A model generated the notes under the pieces. It saw nothing but the letters and a program-made list of their open reading frames with translations. It was not told the DNA's origin and ran no database searches. From the NCBI GenBank assembly GCA_977017575.1, contig CDRNVI010000098.1, positions 271-64,270 of the forward strand: DNA of 64,000 bases, read 5' to 3'. Positions 22,235 to 33,036 of this stretch are shown in pieces. Positions within the stretch are counted from its first letter, which is position 1, and each line of letters opens with the position of its first letter. Both the position numbers and the translations under genes were made by a program. The stretch is from Paramoeba atlantica. Lineage: Eukaryota > Protista > Discosea.

Positions 22235-22843
22235 TTATTGAAGTGGAGCATACTCTATCCATGATGCAGGAATCTTCCAACATGCTTGAGTAGGCATGTG
22301 ACTTCGAGCTATCTTTCCACGAAGTCCAGGATTCCCCGTTATGTCGAATGCAGCAGTAGGCTTCATAAGAGTCGTGTGCTGCAAACACGAAAGATCCACA
22401 AATCCGGTGAATCTACAACTGGATACATTTAACACATCAATGTTAGGCGGAAGATGGGCAAAGTCTGGCTCCCCTGTAAAAAAATTGTGTTGAAGCCACA
22501 TGCACGTCAAAGGCTGAGGTAAGGTTGTGAAGTCAACATCGCCACCCAACCGATTCATCAGCAGCCGGGCTTGTTGTATCGTACGCGGTAAATACAGCCA
22601 GTGTAATGTCCCATTCAGTTCGCGTTGACGCCATCTTAAATCAACTATACTCTTAGATTTGTCACATTCCACGCCGTCCCACTCGCAGGCAGCCGTATGC
22701 GTATCCCACGAGAGGTGCGGGTTCCTAACATCACGGACAAATTTAGCAAGTTCGTATTCTTGCGGCAGAGCAACGCCCTTTACCTTACCTGCACGTGCTG
22801 CTGAGGATGCAACGTCGGCTGCCTCATACAATAGGAGTGACAT
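22235..22843 (-). CDS. small LRR protein (LPQEYELAKF subfamily)
   Basis: Cap AACEWDGVEC plus LRRs. Intact. Confidence 0.85.
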   Translation of the reverse strand: MSLLLYEAADVASSAARAGKVKGVALPQEYELAKFVRDVRNPHLSWDTHTAACEWDGVECDKSKSIVDLRWRQRELNGTLHWLYLPRTIQQARLLMNRLGGDVDFTTLPQPLTCMWLQHNFFTGEPDFAHLPPNIDVLNVSSCRFTGFVDLSCLQHTTLMKPTAAFDITGNPGLRGKIARSHMPTQACWKIPASWIEYAPLQ

Positions 22844-22925
22844 GGATACCTTAATTCTATGGGGATACCATTGATATTAATTTGAACTAGAAAGGTTCTA
22901 ATTAAAAAAATCTAATTGAATAATG

Positions 22926-23109
22926 TACTGCCCCCCCCGTTTAAGTGTACCTCGCTTTCCGTGAAAGGTGCGCTTAAACGGGGGGGGTCTGAATCAGTAC
23001 ATAAAAAAGATTTGGCGCCGCTTCGCGGCGCCGAAGTCTGCACCTCAACTCTATGTGCGCTTAAACGGGGGCGTCTGACCGGGTGCGCTTAGGGGGAGGG
23101 GGGACAGTA
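22926..23109. mobile_element. ~185-bp MITE related to family A
   Basis: TACTGCCCCCCCCGTTTAAG ... CTTAGGGGGAGGGGGGACAGTA, repeated GCGCTTAAACGGGG and a perfect GCGCCGCTTCGCGGCGC core. Confidence 0.7.
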
Positions 23110-23834
23110 ATCGAAAAAAAAGTTTCTGATGATCGCTTACTTAGTAATGCAGAAAATGCCGATCAGTAAGAACTAATACGTGATTTAAACTTTGTAGATT
23201 AGTACCCAGAATGTCCGCCGTCATTTTCTAATTCGGAGTCTTTTGTGTTTAGGGTTTGTAGGTCTTGTTTTCATAGTTTCACAAAAGGGAAAAATGTACG
23301 TGAGGGATACAAATTTGCTAAACATCATGTTTTATATTCCATGAGAGCTCTAAGGAGCCATTAAGAAAGAAATGCAGCAAGGCTATTAGCTATAAGGACG
23401 AGATTCATCAAACGCGATTAAAACGAGAAAAAATGCAAAGGACATAATTTCATAAAACATAAAAAAATGCAAAAAAATGGGTGCGCTCCAGAAAAATGGT
23501 ATCAAAAAACCATGTTTTTTGGACCTAGGGGGTCCCAGGGGGTCCCTATGAAAAAAAGGCGGCAAAGGCCTTCGCCAGGAAAACCTTCCCGACCCGTCTC
23601 CGAAACACACAACTCGCAGACAATTCAACATCCCTTTTTGTTCTCCAAAATCAGAAAACCCTTCCTTTTAAGTAGTTCCGGAAGCATTCTCCAGTCGCTT
23701 CCGGTCCCCTAGAAAAAAGGTCGGGGTGTGTCCATTAGCTCAAACAATTTGGCACAGGATTGCAGGGGCGGGTTACATGGGTTCTAATGTCCCAGCCTTT
23801 ATGGATGCTATCTTTAGCGTCCATAAAGTCTTTT

Positions 23835-26528
23835 GCGAGCGAACGCGGGCACAAATTAAGGAATGTCGCAAAGCGATCAAGCTGAGGGAGGAGGAAGCTA
23901 CAATGCAACGCAGAGAACTAGGTGAAAGATGGGCCGCACAGAGATTCTCTAGAAACTCGTGGACCGCGGCATCCGAAACGATTGATAAGCCTAACGGAAG
24001 AGAGGTAGAAAACACCGCATTTCCCAGCTGTGACAGATCTAGCATTGAATCATACTTTCAAGAAAGTTTTAACCCCAATGAGCAATCCTCGCGTCTCCCT
24101 CCTTCAGATCTACTAGGTCCGACAGCTAGCCAGCCAATGCAATGGAACCCGATCTCCCGTGAGGATGTCACTGCAGCTGTCACAATGAAGCGCAACGCCA
24201 GTTCTCCAGGAACCGACACGATAACTAACAAAATACTCAAAAACTGCCCATCGACACGCGAATACTTTGCATCTGTGTTCAACGATCTAATGACTTTCTC
24301 TGTGTGCCCGCTATCATGGAAAACCGCAGTAACCAGGCTGATATATAAAGCAGGTAGCAAAGAAAATCCGAAAAACTGGCGCCCGATCTCCCTTACTAGT
24401 GCTCTAGGTAAAACCTTTCACACGATCATCGCACATCGACTGACTCAACACCTGACTGAACACCATGTCATTGACCCTCAAATACAAAAAGGCTTTCTCC
24501 CTTCCATTAACGGTACACTGGAACACACCCAAACTCTTTGCTCACTCCTGCGACATTACCAGAAACACAAAACTCAATATTGCCTCGCACAACTCGACCT
24601 GAGCAATGCCTTCGGGTCTGTCCCACATCATATCATACATGCCGCTCTGAAATGGGCCCAAGTACCGCCGGAGGTCATCCACTACATCAAAAATACCCTA
24701 ACGGATGCGCACATGCGCATTAAGTGCTACGAAGGTCTTACGCAACCTATCTCTATACGAAAAGGTGTCCTCCAAGGGGATACCCTCTCTCCTATTGTCT
24801 TCCTGATAGTGATGGAAATTGTTTTGCGATATGTCCGATTCTCCTGCCCGCACTTCGGTATGAAACTCCCAAACGGTCTGAACAACTTCCTTAAGGCTTT
24901 TGCTGATGACTTAACTATTCTTACTGAAAGCGACGGAGACATGCAACACGCACTTGATGCAGTTACCAAAGTGCTGGGCGAGCTAAGCCTTAAGATTAAC
25001 GTGAACAAGAGTCGAATACAGTGCATGAGCACCCGTAAAGGCGAGGAACATCCAGGCTATATGACAAGACGTCCGGAAATAAAAGTCTACGGAGAGACCA
25101 TACCACACATATGTGATGTCGGTAGCACCTTCCTCGGGATGACCTTGGCACCGGGGTCCCAACAACTGAAAGAGCTGTTTCGTAAACTCGACTCAAAACT
25201 AAAACAGTGGATGGAGAACATCACACAAAGTGCCCACAGCCTTCCCGCTAAGCTTTTGATGTACAAAAATGCCGTTCTCTCACGTCTCCGTTTTCAGTTC
25301 GTTATTCACCCGTCGTTAATTTCACCCATCGTTATTCGGATCCGTGCTACGCCTTCAGAAGCGAGCCACGTCTCACATACGGAAATGGATAAACATGGCG
25401 CGTGCCGGAAGCTCTGAAGTCCTGTACTCTTGCCGAGGCTGGAACCTTACGAGTCTGTCAAAACTTTGGTACGAATGCACGGGAGAATCTATGACGCAAA
25501 TGAACAAATCCAAAGATCCAAATGTCCTACATACACTTCGCATACGCATACAGGAAGAGCAACACAAACGTCAAAGAGGTCAAATACGACCCGCTACTTT
25601 AATTACAGAACATCTGGATGATCCCCGAATGACTCGTCAACGGCTTCGTGAAGCACATGAGGAGGAAATAATCACGCGCTTGCAGCAACGCGCGCCCATC
25701 GCAGCCCTATGGTGGCAGTTTCCTACGGATCCAGAAATGGCCCAAGAATTCGCTTCTGCCATAAATGGGATCCGGAATGCGAAGATCTCCCGCTTTGTAG
25801 CATCCGTCATGACTCTTACACCGCTCCCTTCCCGAGCAGCGCTTGTTCAATGGGGCCGCAGCACCTACAGTAACATGAAATGCCCTATTTGCAACGACCG
25901 AGTGCAAACCGTCAGACACACCCTTTCCGCCTGCACCACTTCACTTCAGCAAGGACGATATACTTTCCGTCATAACCTTGTCCTTGCCGAATTTGCGAAA
26001 CATATTAGGGAAGCACAGGGAACTGAGTTTTCATATTTCGACCTACCAGGAGAGCGTAACCCACCAGCTTGGCTGAGGGAACACGATACACTGCTCCGTC
26101 CCGACGGTTACATTAAACTTCACAATGGGACAGAGTTCCTCATCGAACTCACAGTCCCATGGGAGGAGAATGCGGAGAACGCTCATCGGAGAAAATCCGA
26201 GAAGTACAACATCCTTTTACATACACGGCGACAGGAAAACCCGGACACCTACATAATAGCCTTTGAAATAGGTGCCCGGGGATTCCCCAATGGGTCATGC
26301 AAATATATTAATGCCATCTTTAACGGCGACCATATTTTGGCCACAAAGTGTCGAGAAAGCATGACACAGATGGCCCTCAGGGGGAGTTACATACTCTGGG
26401 CTCGCCGAAATGAGGCGACATGGTCGGAGGAGGAAACGTATTGACATTGTCTTCTAAAAAGGGGGCAATCCCGTTGAATGCGGGTCATACCCCCGACTTA
26501 CTCTACTGGAAAGTATGAAAAATAAAAA
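23835..26528 (+). mobile_element. 5'-truncated RLE non-LTR retrotransposon (RT + CCHC + PD-(D/E)xK endonuclease)
   Basis: WRPISL, DLSNAFGSVPH, GVLQGDTLSP, FADD (RT); CPIC..HTLSAC, RHNLVL, RPDG, IELTVPWEE (RLE). ~99% identical to 34112-36815 and ends GAAAAATAAAAA. Confidence 0.95.
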
Positions 26529-26655
26529 TCTATTTACAGCTATTTCTACTTTGGGACCCTGCACTTTGTGACATGTTTTGGCATTTGTACGACGACTGTT
26601 TCACTCCTTTCGTAACGAACCTGCAACAGGCATCTCCATTTATTTTAAATACATT

Positions 26656-27240
26656 TCAAGACTCCTTTTGAACCCATAATGCAGGAATCTTCCACCATGC
26701 TTTAGTTGGAAAAATACTGCGAGCTATTGTTCCATTAAGCCCAGGATTCCCCAGTATAGCGAGTGTAGCAGTGGGCTTTGCAAGACTCGAGTGCACCAGA
26801 CAGGAAAGATCCACAAATCCTGTGAATCGACAATTCGATACATTTAATATATTAATGTTGGGGGGTAGATGGGTCAAGTCCAGCTCCCCTGTAAATAAAT
26901 TGTTTTGAACCCACAAGTTCAGCAAAAGTTCAGGCAGGGCTGAGAAGTCAACATCGCCACCCAACTGATTCGTCATCACCCGGGCTCGTTGTATCGTACG
27001 CGGTAAATACAGCCAATGTAATGATCCTTTCAGCGCACGTGAATACCAGCTTACTTCGCTTATACTTTTAGATTCGTCACATTCCACACCGTTCCACTCG
27101 CAGGCAGGCGTATGCGTATCCCACGAGGGGTGCGGGTTCCTAACATCACGGACAAATTTAGCAAGTTCGTATTCTTGCGGCAGAGCAACGCCCTTTACCT
27201 TACCTGCGCGTGTCGCTGAGGATGTAGCATCGGCTGCCAT
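26656..27240 (-). CDS. small LRR protein (LPQEYELAKF subfamily)
   Basis: Cap TPACEWNGVEC plus LRRs. Intact. Confidence 0.85.
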   Translation of the reverse strand: MAADATSSATRAGKVKGVALPQEYELAKFVRDVRNPHPSWDTHTPACEWNGVECDESKSISEVSWYSRALKGSLHWLYLPRTIQRARVMTNQLGGDVDFSALPELLLNLWVQNNLFTGELDLTHLPPNINILNVSNCRFTGFVDLSCLVHSSLAKPTATLAILGNPGLNGTIARSIFPTKAWWKIPALWVQKES

Positions 27241-27597
27241 AATAGGAGCGAAGAACGTGTCATAATATTCTCGGGAGTGAACTCGGATGAATCAAGACTA
27301 GTTCTAGAACAAAAAACATTGCAATCGAAATTCTCTCAATCGTTTTCCGTACATTGTGCTGCCCCGCACATAAATAAACTTATAAATGACTATGCAGTTT
27401 ATCATACCCCCCGGTATTCTGCGAAAGTACGGATACCTTATGTTAAATAGCACTATGTAATTGCTGATTAAGTTGATTTGATGATCATGCGCTCGTTGGC
27501 ACAGATATAATTCCCCTATTGCGATGGCCGATATCACCACGAAGGTCCACTCGGGCCCTACATTGGGTCCACTGTAAACCCTGTTCTGGGTTAATGT

Positions 27598-28082
27598 GCC
27601 TATAGCTAATTATTGTGCCGGGGGGCACAATAAGTGGGAAGGACCGCTATTATTATGCCCCCCGCAAGTAAAAAGGGGTCTTAAGACAATTTTCGCGACT
27701 GCTGCAGACCAGGCATTGCGGTAGTCGAAAAATCTAAACCAAAAAATTCATCACGTTGGCTTGGCATTGACATTTCATAAGTATTTTCGGCCTCTATAAC
27801 AAAAAGGTACTGCGAAGCGGCGCCATTTTTTGGGGGGGGGCTTTTTCACGAAGGCTAATTAAAGGGCTGAAACCAGTAAAATGCAAACCCAGGTAAATAC
27901 AGTCAGGTCCCAAGAGAAACCAATGGCAAAGGTATCTGGCGTTTTTTCGGTTATGGAGTTCGCTGGAGGATCCGGGTAGGGGGTCTAGGAGGCTACAGTG
28001 GGATATATGGAAGGTATTGGGGGTGACTATAGCCACGTATTTTGCCTATAGCTGGTTATTGTGCCGGGGGGGGGCACAATTA
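27598..28082. repeat. element bounded by direct repeats that each contain a TTATTGTGCC-G(n)-GGCACAAT hairpin
   Basis: GCCTATAGCT..TTATTGTGCCGGGGGGCACAAT at 27598 and 28044. Confidence 0.6.
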
Positions 28083-28401
28083 CTCGGAACAGGGTTATTT
28101 TGTAATTAATGAGCAGATGTGGGTGAGGCCAAAACGAGATCACGCGAGATCACATGAGATCGCGCTAGCCCCTCAAATGAAACAGTTTGTTTTCGCAAAT
28201 CGAAGAAAAGAACCGAATTAGAAGTTTTAACTAGAAGACCTTTCTGTTGGAGAGGGGTTACGTTCTAAACATCGAAATGTAAAAGGGGTTCTGACAAGAC
28301 ACATGCATGTACGATCGAGGGGTCACCGCAACTACTTTGTCTCTTGCAAAAGGATTGATAAATACTTAAAGTACGTTACTTGTAGAAACTCTGAGAGAAT
28401 G

Positions 28402-29121
28402 TTACTCTACAACAACAAGATTCGTGTTCGAAACAATCTTAAGTATATTTTTTTTTAACTCTGGATGAAGTTTACTCACTGCTATTGTACCTTCGAGAAG
28501 GGTATTGTTCTCTAATGATAAACTCTCAAGGTTTTCGGGAAAAAATGAGAAATCAACGAATCCTTCAAAAGTATTGTCAGCCAAGTATAAAGCTTCCAGA
28601 GTGCGAGGAAGTGCCCCGAAATTAAGTTTTTCTGTCAATAAATTATCACTGATGTCCAAATACCACAAATCAGCAGGTAATTGTGTAAGGCATACATCAC
28701 CATACAATTTATTTCTCTCCAGCCATGCGGCATTCAAACATTGCGGGAGCTCTGTGAGATCCGGATTTCCTGTGAACGTATTTCTCCCCAGAAAAAAATC
28801 TGTCAACTCTTCTAATCGAGAAAAATCGCTGAGTCCTATTTCACCACCGACAGAGTTGTATTCAATGTCAAAACTGGAAACGGATCTTGGAATATACTGA
28901 AATTTCATGAATCCTGTTAACTTTTTACCACTCCAGCGTACCTCTTTAATTAGTTTATCTGCATCGCACGCTATGCCTTCCCATTCACAAGCCGAGCGGT
29001 CTGCGGTCCAACTCGCTGCTCGGTTATGTAAACCACTAGTGAGTCTCTCAAGATCGAATTCTTGTGGCACATTCACTGCACGAACCTTTGACGGACATGT
29101 TGAACGTTGAGGGTGATCCAT
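28402..29121 (-). CDS. small plant-type LRR protein (239 aa)
   Basis: VPQEFDLERL..SACEWEGIAC cap and six LRRs. Intact. Confidence 0.9.
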   Translation of the reverse strand: MDHPQRSTCPSKVRAVNVPQEFDLERLTSGLHNRAASWTADRSACEWEGIACDADKLIKEVRWSGKKLTGFMKFQYIPRSVSSFDIEYNSVGGEIGLSDFSRLEELTDFFLGRNTFTGNPDLTELPQCLNAAWLERNKLYGDVCLTQLPADLWYLDISDNLLTEKLNFGALPRTLEALYLADNTFEGFVDFSFFPENLESLSLENNTLLEGTIAVSKLHPELKKNILKIVSNTNLVVVE

Positions 29122-29420
29122 TTTGCGGGAGAAGGTTCAGATATTCGGTAGGTAAAATAGACAATAGAATATAAACTTATATTGCTCTTTTGGTAATCAA
29201 CATGCATGTAGCAGTGTTTGGAAGTTCGTCCCAATGCAATGCATCTCCAACCGGTAAAACCATTTGAAAAAATAATGAGTATCGTATACCATATACCAAG
29301 AGTCAAGTGTACCATATACCAGTGTAAAGTACAGGTTAAGGCGAACCTAAACATTTACTTACTCTTTCGGTTCGCTCATCTCGCCTGGTCGGCTTTGTAC
29401 ACAAATGGGATACTGCACCG

Positions 29421-31514
29421 CTACCCGTTGGCACGTCCCCACGTAGAGCAGCGAATGTACCTTGCCTGCACGCCCTCCTCCGTTTCCCCGTCGTCGTACT
29501 CTACGCGATATCGAATGTGTTGAGGCGACACCGATCGGTTCGGTTTCACAGGCGACAGCGCTATAATTTTTGCCCGACACCACAGTGTGCCTTGTTGCCA
29601 CCGCACCTCCACGGTATCCCCCACATTATATGGGGCTGCTTTTTGTGTGTTTTCAAATCCAATCGGGTTGGAAGGGGTTTCGAGGCTCAGCCTTGTTGTC
29701 GAAGCCATAAAGGTCTCGGATTTGGATGACTCGGAAAGTCCAGATACGCCGGTAAAGGGTAACAGGGTAGTGCTGGAGATATTCGAATCGGGTTTCACAT
29801 CCGTCCGTTTTCGTATACGCGTCGTTTCGGGGGAGTACACCTCCCTTCTCCTGTCACTGTCTTTGTTGGTAAAATTTGCTATCTTGGGCTCCGGCATGTC
29901 AGGAGCAGAGTGTGCAGTGACGTTCGGAGAGTGGGGATACTCGTTTTGATTTTTCGTCTTTCTGCATTCAGGCTCCTTGACGCAGCCATAATCCATATCC
30001 AAACAAAAGCGCGTGCCCTCCTCGAGATAATGTCGTGGATTCAGCACAATGAGCACCACCGAAATGTCATCATGGAAGTGACGACGTTTCCCACATGGGA
30101 TGGAGAGTAGATCGGGAAGACTCATGGCGTGAGCCGAGGCCACTTTGGTGCGCAGTGCGTGTCGGATTAAGTCCGCGGGCACGGCGCTGCACCACTCACT
30201 GGCATCCGCAGCCTCGGGTCGTGCAAAAACCCGGAAAGGGCTGGATGCGGTCGAAGAGTCACGATGATGTACAAAGGAGGGAAACTGAGACTCGGCTGGG
30301 GTGTGTTTGTGAGTTGAAGGCAATTCTTTTGACTCCGAGGACGCCTTAATTTGTTCGTCTCTCCACACAACGCTTTTGGAGTGATTCTCCAAGTCTCGGT
30401 CCGGCAGGCATTCATCGGTAAATCGTTGAGCGGCTCTCCTTAACAGCCCGTCCGTGAGATACACAATCTCCTCATTTGTGAGTAAATTATGTAACCCATC
30501 GGACATCAAAACTACAAAAAGATCACTAACGGAGACCAGACGAGAAGTAATCTCCGGGCTGGCATGGATATAAGGGATATAATCAGAATACGGCGTCATG
30601 GAGAGATTTTTATGTTTTAAATAACCGTCCCCGAGACTCCGGGTGACCATTAAGCTCCCCGCAACCCGCAAAGGGGCGCCTGGGACTTTCAAATGGAAAG
30701 GAGTACGGCGTAGGGGGGTGGGATCCGAGGTGCGGGCTTGAAGATCGGAAACCTCGGATTCGTTCTCAACATCGTGGTCCCGGGTCAGGGGAATGGCCTC
30801 GAGTATGGAGATGTATCCGTTCTGTGAGATAGAACAGCTGCGCGTGCTCGAAATCCTGGACACGGGTGGCTCCATAGCAGAAAACGAAAATGGCTTTGAT
30901 TTTTTTGACGCGGGTGAAATGATCCGGATTTTTTCTTCCTCCGCGAATTGCAAGGATGCGGATTGAGACGCCCTTTTTTCCTTTGAATTTTTACAGAACT
31001 GTGCTTCGTTATTTTCCAAATTAGCGTTTCCATACTCCCGAACAATACGCATCCTACTTCCTGACCTTCCTTTAGAAATTTTCATTTCCTTCGACATTTT
31101 CTCATTTTTTTCTGTTTCTTCTTCTCGCGTAATGCGACGGCGACACAACACAGCTCGACAGTCCCCGACATGGGCTGTCGTAATCCGCTCTTTTCCCAAC
31201 ACCAACGTCAGAGCACACGCCCCGGATGTCTTCTTCCGTACCCCCTCCGTAGCCAGAAATTCCCTGTCCATGTTCTCGTAGCTCGCGCGTAACGCTGCCT
31301 CGATGGAGCTCGCGTTTGTATTGTGGATTTGAGAAAAATAAGTATCCGCAATTTCGGGAAATTCTGCAGCACAATAGGAGGAGCATACCGGCCCTCCGTG
31401 GCCATCAAACAAGGAGAACAAGGCAAGGCTTTGGTTGCGAACATAGCCGAAGCAAGCGCGGTCCTCGTTGTGGGTGTTGGCTGCGACGGTCGCGAAAGAA
31501 ACAGGGCGCGTCAT
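29421..31514 (-). CDS. PP2C/PPM protein phosphatase with a C-terminal Tudor/Agenet-like domain
   Basis: NEDR, FDGHGG, HVGDCRAVL, LTRDH, TRSLGDGYLK, SDGL, RRHFHDDISV; tail YNVGDTVEVRW..W..AKI..YRVEYDDGETEEGV. Confidence 0.9.
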   Translation of the reverse strand: MTRPVSFATVAANTHNEDRACFGYVRNQSLALFSLFDGHGGPVCSSYCAAEFPEIADTYFSQIHNTNASSIEAALRASYENMDREFLATEGVRKKTSGACALTLVLGKERITTAHVGDCRAVLCRRRITREEETEKNEKMSKEMKISKGRSGSRMRIVREYGNANLENNEAQFCKNSKEKRASQSASLQFAEEEKIRIISPASKKSKPFSFSAMEPPVSRISSTRSCSISQNGYISILEAIPLTRDHDVENESEVSDLQARTSDPTPLRRTPFHLKVPGAPLRVAGSLMVTRSLGDGYLKHKNLSMTPYSDYIPYIHASPEITSRLVSVSDLFVVLMSDGLHNLLTNEEIVYLTDGLLRRAAQRFTDECLPDRDLENHSKSVVWRDEQIKASSESKELPSTHKHTPAESQFPSFVHHRDSSTASSPFRVFARPEAADASEWCSAVPADLIRHALRTKVASAHAMSLPDLLSIPCGKRRHFHDDISVVLIVLNPRHYLEEGTRFCLDMDYGCVKEPECRKTKNQNEYPHSPNVTAHSAPDMPEPKIANFTNKDSDRRREVYSPETTRIRKRTDVKPDSNISSTTLLPFTGVSGLSESSKSETFMASTTRLSLETPSNPIGFENTQKAAPYNVGDTVEVRWQQGTLWCRAKIIALSPVKPNRSVSPQHIRYRVEYDDGETEEGVQARYIRCSTWGRANG

Positions 31515-31741
31515 ATAAAATCGTACAAAGTATACCGCAAGGTGATATAAATGGTAAGTCGGAGTTGTGAGTTAGAACTAATTCTTCTTAAACCACCGGT
31601 GTGAACTGTAGTTAAGGTTGGTGAAAGAAAATGATAATATAATAATAATAATAATGATAATATAATAATAAAGTTTACTTTCTGCAATATTACACATATA
31701 ACTATGAACAAAAACTAGAAAGATATAGAAAATTTATTGCT

Positions 31742-32075
31742 TTAGTCTTCCACGGTTATCAGCGTGTTCACCCAACTTTTCTGTCCAGTGCAGCAGTGTT
31801 TCTGTCCCTCTAATAGCCAACGGTAGCCCTGTAAGACGAACCTGTTCATACATTTCTCGATTATCGTCCAACAACAAACCATGCAATCCCCACGGAAGAG
31901 CAGCAAAATCGAAAAACCCCGAAAAACGATTTTTAGATATACTGTAGATAAGAAGGCTAACGATCGAGGGAGAAGTGATACATCAATTTCCCCAGTAAAT
32001 AGATTTCCTGTTAAACAAAACGATTCCAGTCCAGGGGGCAAAACTGTAAAGTCCACTGACCCCGCAAGTCCGCAA
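31742..32075 (-). pseudogene. LRR gene fragment
   Basis: DFTVLPPGLESFCLTGNLFTGEIDVSLLPRSL, then degenerates. Confidence 0.65.
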
Positions 32076-32207
32076 TAAGCAGCAGAAAAATGAATGATTA
32101 TTGATGGAAAGTGCTCTCACTTTAGGTTTCCACCCAGATCGTACAAGGCCCATTGTATTTCATCGATGTTACCAGAGGAGCTTTGCATTGTTTTTATGCC
32201 ATTCCAC

Positions 32208-32471
32208 TCACATACAGGATCCTAACATTATTCGAAATTCTTCATTATCAATAGCATTCTTACGTATGTATTTTATACGTTCTAACCCTCCTGTCTCCCG
32301 GTGGCGTTTAACCCATCGAGAGACAGTTGCTTCACTGCATTTCGTAAAAGCAGCACTGTCTGCAATCGAACGCCCCTGGTTTTGTATCTCATGGACGCAA
32401 AATACACGTGTTTCATAAGTGATTTGTTGCGTCCAGAAGGTGCGCCTCTGGCGGCGAAGTGTTTTCGGCAT
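32208..32471 (-). pseudogene. Tc1/IS630-like transposase HTH fragment
   Basis: QGRSIADSAAFTKCSEATVSRWVKRHRETG resembles a transposase N-terminal HTH. No catalytic domain is visible. Confidence 0.5.
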
Positions 32472-33036
32472 AAAATGGGTTAGAAAGAGTTAAATGGTAT
32501 TTTATTCATAGTTTGATGCGCTAGAATGACAAAAAATGATAAAAATCTGATTTTTTGCAGAATTTGTGGTTAAGAATTTCAGTAATTTATTCTCAAGTCG
32601 TCATATCTGCTTCAGGGGCGGCAACAATGGTGCCAGTAGTCTTAAAATTTCGTGATCTGTTGAATGCCGTAGGAATTAGGTCAAAAGCTCGCACGATACA
32701 AATTTTAGACCCCCTCCACCTTTTTCGTGACCCCCCCTGTATAGTAGCGATGCCGCATTTTATGCATACCCCCTTACTATTCGCAATAAAAAAAGTTAAG
32801 AACACGATCCTACGAATATTGAGACGGATAGGTTCGCGTAATAAATACGTTTCAAGACTCTTCTTGAATCCACGACGGAGGAATGTTCCACCATGCTCGA
32901 GTAGGCATGTGACTCGGGCTATTGTTCCATTAAGCCCAGGATTCCCTGTTATGTCGAATCCAGCAACAGGCTTTGCAAGATTCGAGTGCACCAGACAGGA
33001 AAGATCCACAAATCCGGTGAATTGACAATTGGATAG

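Noticed and set aside
21547-22251. 61-aa hydrophobic N-terminal extension on eS17
   Set aside because: It is a translated polypyrimidine tract from a TTG start; the conserved protein begins at MGKVRTK (22068).
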